Source: Patescibacteria group bacterium
GTDB lineage: Bacteria > Patescibacteriota > Patescibacteriia > SG8-24
Direction of reading: 5' to 3'
Assembly (NCBI GenBank): GCA_041667185.1
Contig: JBAYFM010000006.1
Coordinates: forward strand, 6,591 to 70,590
DNA: 64,000 bases
Shown here: positions 56,839-64,000 of the stretch, in pieces
Position numbering within the stretch: the first letter of the stretch is position 1
Layout of the letters: each line of letters begins with the position of its first letter
Made by a program: the position numbers and the translations under genes
Notes under the pieces: generated by a model
The model's database searches: none
What the model was told of the DNA's origin: nothing
Seen by the model: only the letters and a program-made list of their open reading frames with translations

Positions 56839-58647
56839 TCATTCGACCGGCGGCGGATGTTGGCCATATTTAGCTTTGAGTCCGGCGATCTTCTGTTCGG
56901 CGGCCAGCGTCAGTTTTCCGGTCCCGAGCGGATCATATCCCCGCAAGACATCGCTGTCGTTGAAGCCGTCACTGTCGGTGTCGGCGTTCTTCGGGTCAGT
57001 GCCGTAGATTCGGATCTCATCGCCGTCGGAGAGGTTATCGCCGTCCATGTCGGGGTTTTTGCGATCAAGGTAATTGTCGATTTCGTACAGGTCGGCCAGG
57101 CCGTCGCTGTCCTGATCCGGTAGTTTGCCGCTCTTGGAAAGTGGGTCAAAGCCCGACCAGATTTCGTCCCAGTCATTGAAGCCGTCGTCGTCAGTGTCGC
57201 GTTTCAGTGGATCGGTCCGATAGACGCCGACCTCCTTGCCGTCAGCGAGGCCGTCGTCGTCAGTGTCGCGTTTCAGTGGATCGGTGCCGAGCCTTTTTTC
57301 TTCTTGGTCGCTGAGACCGTCGCTGTCAACGTCGCTGATCTCGGACGTGGCGGGCTGCTCGGTGTCGGCGGCCGGGGCGGTCGCGGTGGGTTCGCTCCGG
57401 ACCTGAAGCGGAATATCGAAGCCGCGCGCGCTCAGGATGTGCCCGCCGGGGGCGAGAGCCAGCAGTCCTTTTTCCAGAGTGAAGCTGATGCGATAGCCGC
57501 CCGGAATGAGTTCGTAGGCGTAAGGCTGGGCGGACGACGGGTCGAGCGGAAGTTTTTCGATCTGCGGTCCGACGAGGTCTTCGAGCCGCGCCGGATAATT
57601 CTTGTTCGAACTCTGGTAGGAATTCAGGCCGATGCGCAGCACGTTCATCGCGCGGTAGCGTTCCCAGTCGCGTTCCTCGGCCGGGTCGACTATTTTTTCA
57701 GGTTTCGCCAGTTCCGCGACGGCCGCTGTTTTTGACGTCGTCACTCGCGGCAGTCTGTCCAGGAGCGTCGGCGCGGCCAAACCGATGACGAGCAGCAGTG
57801 CGCCGCCGGCGGCCAGCCAGCCGTAGAGACGGCTGATCGCGTCATCCGTCCGCTGGTCGTCATTTTCAACCGCGTCTTCGTAATAGATCTGGAGATAGGT
57901 CAGTAGCGCAGCGAGGCCGATCAGGCCGACCAGGATCTGTCCGGCAACGACGAGCGCATCCCAGGAAAGGTCGGCGCCCAGGATCCGGAAAGCGCTGTCG
58001 GAAGCCTGCGCCCCGGGGATCATTCCGGCCGCCAGTTCGATGAGGGTGGCGAGGGCCGCGGTCCAGATCGAGAGGATGAAAAGCTGCAGCCCCAGGGCCA
58101 GGGTCCGGCCGCGAACCAGACCGTAACTTCGGGACAGCAGTTTCGTTCCGGACAGATCTTCGGCAAGCAGCGTTGGCAACAGCAAAGCTGATCGGAACAT
58201 GACGAGAAGACCGGGCAGGACCAGGGCGAGAGCGGCGGCGCCGGACGCCAGCAGTGCCAGGGCGGCGGCGCTGACCAGCCCGATGACGCGGCTGAAGCCG
58301 ATTGCCAGCGCTTGGCCGAGTCTTGTCTTGAAGGCGGCGACGGCGCTGATTCCGGCCAGAAGCCCCAGGAAGAGGATGACGCCGATCAGTAATTCCAAGA
58401 CCACCAGGCTGGTGGTCCAATTGTCGCTGGGCCAGTGTTGCTGCCAAGTGCTGAGCGCGGCCAGTGCGGTCGCCAAAATGACGAACCATTGTAGTGAGAT
58501 CAGCGCGGCGAAGAGGCCGGCTTTGCGCATCAGGCGGTTGAAAACCCTCAACAACCGGCCTTTGAAACCCGGAAAGTTCGGTTGGCGGCTCGGTGGCGCG
58601 ACTTTTTTGGTCGCAGCGCCCGATAAGGTCAGCGGTTCGAAAGCCAT
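56839..58647 (-). CDS. polytopic membrane protein with C-terminal thrombospondin-type-3-like Ca-binding repeats
   Basis: ~8 TM N-terminal half. A middle pilin-like segment (YRAMNVLRIGLNSYQSSNKNYPARLEDL). Five DxDxDGxxDxxE repeats (TDPLKRDTDDDGLADGKE, and others). Confidence 0.55.
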   Translation of the reverse strand: MAFEPLTLSGAATKKVAPPSRQPNFPGFKGRLLRVFNRLMRKAGLFAALISLQWFVILATALAALSTWQQHWPSDNWTTSLVVLELLIGVILFLGLLAGISAVAAFKTRLGQALAIGFSRVIGLVSAAALALLASGAAALALVLPGLLVMFRSALLLPTLLAEDLSGTKLLSRSYGLVRGRTLALGLQLFILSIWTAALATLIELAAGMIPGAQASDSAFRILGADLSWDALVVAGQILVGLIGLAALLTYLQIYYEDAVENDDQRTDDAISRLYGWLAAGGALLLVIGLAAPTLLDRLPRVTTSKTAAVAELAKPEKIVDPAEERDWERYRAMNVLRIGLNSYQSSNKNYPARLEDLVGPQIEKLPLDPSSAQPYAYELIPGGYRISFTLEKGLLALAPGGHILSARGFDIPLQVRSEPTATAPAADTEQPATSEISDVDSDGLSDQEEKRLGTDPLKRDTDDDGLADGKEVGVYRTDPLKRDTDDDGFNDWDEIWSGFDPLSKSGKLPDQDSDGLADLYEIDNYLDRKNPDMDGDNLSDGDEIRIYGTDPKNADTDSDGFNDSDVLRGYDPLGTGKLTLAAEQKIAGLKAKYGQHPPPVE

Positions 58648-58777
58648 ACTTAAATAAGTATAGCATAAACGTTCTTTTCAGCCGGTGCGGGCGGCGGCGC
58701 GGTCCAGTTGACAAGCTTGGTCCGTTATTACAAGCTGGACCCAAAGTTCTTTCACTAAGATCAAGGACAGGAGGTCG

Positions 58778-59380
58778 TTGATGAAGACCGGCAAGCCAGT
58801 GTTGCGGATCATTTTGATCGTCGTTTCTGTTTTGGCCGCGATAGTGATCCTGTCGGCGCTCGCCAGACTAGCGCTCAGGATGAACGGCGAGGCCGACCCG
58901 AACGTCGGTCAGATCCGGATCCTTGGTTCCGTCGTCACGATCGAGCATGTGCTCACGGTCAGGCTGCCGGAGCCGGCTGAACAATGGGAGGCGGTGACGG
59001 GCGCGCGGCTCGACGACTATTCTCCGCGTCCCGTGTTAGCGCTTTTTCACCAAGAGCCGGCGGCCCGGGTGCTTCTGCAGCTGTGGCCGGCCGAGGGGGT
59101 GACGCCGGAAAACATCTCTACAGAGCTGGCGAAACAGCTCACGGATCAGGGGTTCGAGGTCGCCGCTTTTTGCGGTATCGGGCCATCCGGCCGGCGCTGC
59201 TCTTTGGTCTTCGAGTCCATCAGCCAGGAATCCGCGCCACGCGGCAAGATCTGGATCGAGTACTTGCCGGGTGATCCGCAGATGTTGCTGATCATAATCA
59301 GTACTTACGCACCGACTGATTATGAACAGTTCGAACCACAGATCGATTATTTGGCCGATCATGTCCGGTCGGACGATTGA
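58778..59380 (+). CDS. hypothetical membrane-anchored protein
   Basis: N-terminal TM (VLRIILIVVSVLAAIVILSALA); 200 aa. Confidence 0.45.
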   Translation: MMKTGKPVLRIILIVVSVLAAIVILSALARLALRMNGEADPNVGQIRILGSVVTIEHVLTVRLPEPAEQWEAVTGARLDDYSPRPVLALFHQEPAARVLLQLWPAEGVTPENISTELAKQLTDQGFEVAAFCGIGPSGRRCSLVFESISQESAPRGKIWIEYLPGDPQMLLIIISTYAPTDYEQFEPQIDYLADHVRSDD

Positions 59381-59448
59381 AACGAAAACCCCCGCCGCTT
59401 GGCAGGGGTTTTATTGTCCGTAAACCCCGGGCCTTGGCCCGGGGAGCG

Positions 59449-60405
59449 TCATTGTCGGGCCAGTTCCGCGAGCAGGACGCCGAGATCATCCAGGTCCGAG
59501 ACGCGAACGGCCTTTTCCCGCCAGGACTTCGCGTCCGGCAGGCCTTTGAAATACCAGATCAGGTGTTTGCGGAAGGTCAGCAGCGGTTCCGGACCGGGCT
59601 GGAGTTCGGCGTGCAGCCGAGCGTGTTCCATGATGACGGCGGCGCGCTCGGCGAGTGTCGGCGGCCGGTACGCGGTCCCGTTCAGAGTCGCGGCGATCTC
59701 GGCGAAGACCCAGGGATTGCCGAGCGCCCCGCGTCCGATCATCACGCCGTCGCCAGCAGTCGCGGCGAGCGCTTTGCGCGCGTCAGCTCCAGACGCAATG
59801 TCGCCGTTCACGAGGACCGGGATCTTCACGAGCGCCCGGGCGCGGCCGATCGCCTGCCAGTCGGCCTGGCCAGTGTAGCCCTGCTCTTTGGTCCGGCCGT
59901 GGATCGTCACGAGGTCGGCGCCCGAAGCCTCGACGGTCTTCACGAACGTCAGGATCTCGTCGGGTCTCGACCAGCCCAGGCGCGTCTTCACGGATACAGG
60001 TTTGGAGGTCGCTTCTTTGGCCGCGAGGATGATCCGGCATGCCAGTTCCGGATCTTTCATCAGCGCGGAACCGTTGAAATTGCAGACGATCTTATAGACC
60101 GGGCAGCCCATGTTCAGGTCGAAGGCGTCCGGAGAATATTTCTCATCGATGATCCGGATCGCTTCGGCCACGACGCCGGGATCGGAGCCGAACACCTGTT
60201 GGACGATGGGCCGCTCTTCCGGTTTAAAGTCGGCCATGTGCAAGGTTTTCCGATTGTCGCGGACCACGGCTTCGGCGCTGATCATTTCATGGAAGACGAC
60301 CTGGGCGCCCTGGCGCTTCGCGATACGGCAATAAGCCGAATCGGTCATGTCGGCCATCGGGGCGAGCGCGATGATGGGGCGGGGGAGCGAGGTCCAAAAC
60401 TTCAT
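59449..60405 (-). CDS. dus: tRNA-dihydrouridine synthase
   Basis: LAPMADMTD, FDLNMGCP, and the TIHGRT FMN/TIM-barrel motifs; start trimmed to MKFWTSLP. Confidence 0.88.
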   Translation of the reverse strand: MKFWTSLPRPIIALAPMADMTDSAYCRIAKRQGAQVVFHEMISAEAVVRDNRKTLHMADFKPEERPIVQQVFGSDPGVVAEAIRIIDEKYSPDAFDLNMGCPVYKIVCNFNGSALMKDPELACRIILAAKEATSKPVSVKTRLGWSRPDEILTFVKTVEASGADLVTIHGRTKEQGYTGQADWQAIGRARALVKIPVLVNGDIASGADARKALAATAGDGVMIGRGALGNPWVFAEIAATLNGTAYRPPTLAERAAVIMEHARLHAELQPGPEPLLTFRKHLIWYFKGLPDAKSWREKAVRVSDLDDLGVLLAELARQ

Positions 60406-60495
60406 AATTAAGCCACGATATCCGGTAGCGGCCCGCAGGTCAACTCCGCCGACGGTCAAGCGGGTTGTTTATCAGCCTGAATCCTGATAGGATTT

Positions 60496-62244
60496 ATGGG
60501 TAAAATAACCATGATTATGCTCAAATTTTCCAAAAAGATCGCATTCATCATCATCGCTATAGCGGTCGTGGCCGGGGTGGCGGGTTATTTGGCGCTGCGC
60601 GGTCCGCAGACCGTCTATGAGACCGATGTCGTGAGCCGTGGTTCGGTCGTGGAGACGATCTCGGTCACGGGTTCGATCGCGCCGGGTTCCAAGATCAGCC
60701 TGCAGCCGGAAGCCAGCGGCCGCGTCGCCAAGATCCTGGTCGCCGAGGGCGATCACGTCCAGGCCGGCGATGCCCTGATCAAGATCGATTCCCGCGATAT
60801 CGAGACCCGGATCTCGTCCCAGCGCGCGGTCTTGGCTTCGGCCCAGGCCCAGCTCCGGGAGTTTTTGGCCGGAGCGACGGCGGAAGATCTGCGAGTCAGC
60901 GAGTCCGCCGTGGAGACCGCCTCCGCTCAGTTGGCGGCCGCCGAGGCGGCCAAGATCGACGCCGAGATCGCCAAGACCAACGCTCAGCGCAATCTGGAGA
61001 ATACGCAGGCCAAAGGCGCGACCCTCATCGAATCCAAGATCAGCACGCTGCTCTTGGATTTCGACGACGCGGTCACAGCATCGTCCGACGCGGTCAACCG
61101 CCTGTCGATGCCGTTGTTCACCACCACCGATCAGTTGTCTTTTTCCAGTTCGAATTCCCAGGCCGAGTCCGATGCCGTCAGCTCTCGCCGTCTGGCTAAA
61201 GATGCTCTGGCGCCGCTCGCGGCCGCCGCCGCGTCAGCCCGATCGGTCGGCACGCTCGCGGCGGTTAAGGATTCTTACGCGATCATCCAGGCCAAACTGC
61301 AGGTGGTCAAGGCTCACATCGACGCCGCGGCCGCGGTCCTGAATTATTCTCTGGGACTCAGTTCCACTACGCTGGCCACCTATCAGCTCAACATCAATAC
61401 GGCTCAGAACACGCTGAATACCATCATTTCCACGCTGTCGACCGACCGTTCGAGCCTGGATCTGCAGCAGCGACTCAACGCTTCGGATGAGACCGCGGCT
61501 TCGATCGCGCTCGCGAATTCCGAGACCGCCCTGAATGCGGCCGCGAGCAGCATTGAGACGAGTCTGCGGGCGAAAGCCCAGGCTCAGGCCGCCTACGATC
61601 TGAAGAAGATCGGCACCCGGCCGGAGACGATCGATGTCCAGCGCGCCAGAGTCGCCGCGGAATCCGCCGCGCTCGACGGACTCCTGAACGAACTCACCAA
61701 GCGGACCGTGATCGCGCCGATCGAAGCGGTGGTCACCGACATCGCCGTCGAACTTGGCGAGACCGTGACTCAGAATCAGGTCGTGATCACGCTCAATTCC
61801 AAAGGCGCTTTTGAGATCCTCTCCAACATTTCCGAGGTCGATATCGCCCGGGTGACGGTCGGCGATCCGGTCACGATCACGCTTGACGCCTTCTCCACCG
61901 GCGAGAAGTGGACCGGCAAGGTCATCACGATCCAGCCGGCCGAGAAAGTCGTCGAGGGCGTCATCTTCTATGAGACCAAGATCGTCTTCGATCAGGAGGA
62001 TCCGCGCCTCAAGTCGGGCATGACCGCTAATCTGGATATCGAAGTGGCGCGCCACGACGGCGTGCTGCGGATTCCGTTGCGCGCTCTCAAAGAGAACGGC
62101 CGGAAGTACGTCCAGGTGCTGGTGAACGGCGTGCCCGCGGAAAAGGACGTCGCGGTCGGTCTGGAGAGCAATGATTTCGTCGAGATCACGAGCGGGTTGA
62201 CCGAGGGCGAGACCGTCGTCATCGCCGCTAACGGCAAGAAGTAA
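60496..62244 (+). CDS. HlyD/MacA-type periplasmic adaptor (membrane fusion protein) with a long coiled coil
   Basis: N-terminal TM, biotinyl-lipoyl-like SGRVAKILVAEGDHVQAGDALIKID, a long Ala/Gln coiled coil, and C-terminal beta-barrel/MP domains. Confidence 0.8.
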   Translation: MGKITMIMLKFSKKIAFIIIAIAVVAGVAGYLALRGPQTVYETDVVSRGSVVETISVTGSIAPGSKISLQPEASGRVAKILVAEGDHVQAGDALIKIDSRDIETRISSQRAVLASAQAQLREFLAGATAEDLRVSESAVETASAQLAAAEAAKIDAEIAKTNAQRNLENTQAKGATLIESKISTLLLDFDDAVTASSDAVNRLSMPLFTTTDQLSFSSSNSQAESDAVSSRRLAKDALAPLAAAAASARSVGTLAAVKDSYAIIQAKLQVVKAHIDAAAAVLNYSLGLSSTTLATYQLNINTAQNTLNTIISTLSTDRSSLDLQQRLNASDETAASIALANSETALNAAASSIETSLRAKAQAQAAYDLKKIGTRPETIDVQRARVAAESAALDGLLNELTKRTVIAPIEAVVTDIAVELGETVTQNQVVITLNSKGAFEILSNISEVDIARVTVGDPVTITLDAFSTGEKWTGKVITIQPAEKVVEGVIFYETKIVFDQEDPRLKSGMTANLDIEVARHDGVLRIPLRALKENGRKYVQVLVNGVPAEKDVAVGLESNDFVEITSGLTEGETVVIAANGKK

Positions 62245-62255
62245 TTTCCGCAACC

Positions 62256-62930
62256 ATGGCTGAACTCATCCGGCTGGAAAATTTGGTCAAAGAGTATGTT
62301 CAGGGCGAGCAGTTGGTCAAAGCCCTGAATGGCGTTGACTTGGTCATCAACAAGGGCGATTTTTTCGCCATCATGGGGCCTTCTGGTTGCGGCAAGTCCA
62401 CTCTGATGCACTTGCTCGGTTTTCTGCTGAGCCCAACGTCTGGCAAGTACGTCTTCGGCGGCCGCGATGCCAGCTCGCTCACGGAGAATGACCGGGCTGT
62501 GATCCGCAATGAACAGATCGGTTTCGTCTTTCAGGCCTACAACCTGCTGCCGCGCACCTCGGTTCTCGAGAATGTTTTGTTGCCGATCGAATATGCCGCT
62601 GTTGTCGACGCCAAAAAAGCGAAGAAACGCGCTCTGGAACTTCTGGACCGGGTCGGTCTGAGCCACCGTCTCGACGCCCGGCCCAACCAGCTCTCTGGCG
62701 GCGAACAACAGCGCGCGGCCATCGCCCGGGCGCTCATCAACGAGCCTTCACTGATCCTGGCTGACGAGCCGACCGGCAACCTTGATTCCAAAACCTCGGA
62801 CGACATCATGGCCATCATCGACGGTCTCCACAAGGAGGGGAATACCATCGTCATGGTCACTCACGAGGAAGACGTGGCGCAGCGCGCGGAACGAACCATC
62901 CGGATGAAGGACGGCCGCATCGTCTCCTGA
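62256..62930 (+). CDS. MacB/LolD-type ABC transporter ATP-binding protein
   Basis: [36 protein letters not shown]. Confidence 0.88.
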   Translation: MAELIRLENLVKEYVQGEQLVKALNGVDLVINKGDFFAIMGPSGCGKSTLMHLLGFLLSPTSGKYVFGGRDASSLTENDRAVIRNEQIGFVFQAYNLLPRTSVLENVLLPIEYAAVVDAKKAKKRALELLDRVGLSHRLDARPNQLSGGEQQRAAIARALINEPSLILADEPTGNLDSKTSDDIMAIIDGLHKEGNTIVMVTHEEDVAQRAERTIRMKDGRIVS

Positions 62931-62934
62931 ACTT

Positions 62935-64000
62935 ATGTCCCTCTCCAAGGACATCATCTACTCCGGGCACACTTTGTGGGCGTCCAAGAGCCGCACTTTG
63001 CTTACGATGCTCGGGGTCATCATCGGCGTGATGTCCGTGGTCGCGGTTTCTTCGGTCGGCAAGAGCGCCCAGAATCTTATCCTGGACCAGGCTGAAGCGG
63101 TCGGAACCAACGTCATCGGCATCTTGCCGGGCGGCAGCGGCGAGAACGAACCGCCGCCGATCGCCATGGGCATCGCCACGAGCAGCCTCAAAGAGAGCGA
63201 TTTTCGCGCCGTGCGCGCCTTGCCGCACGTCATCCTCGGCGTTCCCATGGTCATGGCGCTGGAGTCGGTCTCGCTGGGACAGGTCGCCGCGATGACCACG
63301 ATCTACGGCACCGGCGAGGAATTTCCGGCCATGATGGATATGACGGTGGCCGAGGGTCGTTTTTTCGACGTCCGCGACGTCGCGGCTTATGGCCGGGTCG
63401 CGGTGCTTGGTTCCGGCGCGGCGAAAGATCTTTCCTTGCGCGGCAGTCCGTTCGGCAAACAGATCCGCGTCAAAGGCTACAACTATCAGGTCATCGGCAT
63501 CCTGAAAGAGAAGGGCGGCGGCGCGCTGGGCCAGATGGATGACGCGATCTACATCCCGGTGACGGCCGTCCAGAAATATATCGCCGGCATCAATCATCTG
63601 ACCGCCGCGCGGGTCAAGGTCGACAACGCCAGCAATCTCAATTGGGTCAAGGACGAGATCAAGAAGACCCTGCGCCGCCGCCATCACATCACTGATCCGG
63701 CCAAGGATGATTTCACGGTGCAGGCGGCCGAGCAGGCCATCACCACCATTGCCGGCATCACCGATTCCATCAATTATTTCCTGCTGTTCGTGACGGCGAT
63801 CTCGCTGCTCGTCGGCGGCATCAACATCATGAACATCATGTACGTCGCCGTCCGCGAACGCACGCGCGAGATCGGCCTCAGGAAATCCCTGGGCGCCAGG
63901 CCGGGCCGCATCCTCAGACAGTTCCTGACCGAAAGCTCGCTGATCTCGTTTTCCGGCGGCGTCATCGGCCTGATCTTGGGGACGGTCATCGCCGCGGCCG
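62935..64000 (+). CDS. MacB/FtsX-type ABC permease (3' end beyond the window)
   Basis: Translated by hand and open to the window end. TM1 LLTMLGVIIGVMSVVAV, a periplasmic domain, then the FtsX segment LLFVTAISLLVGGINIMNIMYVAVRERTREIGLRKSLGA. Confidence 0.8.
   Translation, partial: MSLSKDIIYSGHTLWASKSRTLLTMLGVIIGVMSVVAVSSVGKSAQNLILDQAEAVGTNVIGILPGGSGENEPPPIAMGIATSSLKESDFRAVRALPHVILGVPMVMALESVSLGQVAAMTTIYGTGEEFPAMMDMTVAEGRFFDVRDVAAYGRVAVLGSGAAKDLSLRGSPFGKQIRVKGYNYQVIGILKEKGGGALGQMDDAIYIPVTAVQKYIAGINHLTAARVKVDNASNLNWVKDEIKKTLRRRHHITDPAKDDFTVQAAEQAITTIAGITDSINYFLLFVTAISLLVGGINIMNIMYVAVRERTREIGLRKSLGARPGRILRQFLTESSLISFSGGVIGLILGTVIAAA

Overview
This is a high-GC (~65-67%), gene-dense bacterial window with a standard genetic code and small reduced proteins. 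It resembles a Parcubacteria/CPR-like genome, but that is inference only.

The backbone is housekeeping. It holds secE-nusG, rlmN, gyrB, a SEDS FtsW/RodA protein, rplY, the rpmE-prfA-prmC operon, and rpsB-tsf. There is a glycolytic cluster gap-pgk-eno followed by two tandem gpmI paralogs, with no tpiA. Further genes are mutM, a PAP2-manC-mltG-DUF2207 envelope operon, Nudix, a UvrD/PcrA helicase, an adenosine-deaminase-family gene, nadE, metK, dus, an ABC ATPase with its permease, an AI-2E transporter, and a MacA/MacB-type tripartite efflux set that runs off the 3' end.

The accessory content is more interesting and falls into six items.
1. A dispersed intergenic composite palindromic repeat family has at least 11 copies. 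It has a perfect 20-bp core, ACGTCGTTCGCGAACGACGT, with GACTCCGTCTCTCC / GGAGAGACGGAGTC arms.
2. A tandem array of four diverged lipoprotein-type cassettes lies at 34.4-37.4 kb. Each has its own conserved leader and terminator, and the cassettes are interleaved with the repeats.
3. Two paralogous stand-alone FtsH-like M41 peptidase-domain proteins lack the AAA module and flank a small membrane protein.
4. A 726-aa protein carries a wHTH plus a divergent metallophosphoesterase.
5. A near-identical tandem gene duplication sits at the 5' edge.
6. A lower-GC islet holds a Cys-rich ORF and a 34-aa polybasic peptide.

No rRNA, tRNA or CRISPR array was found. Many long antisense ORFs in the track are high-GC artefacts.
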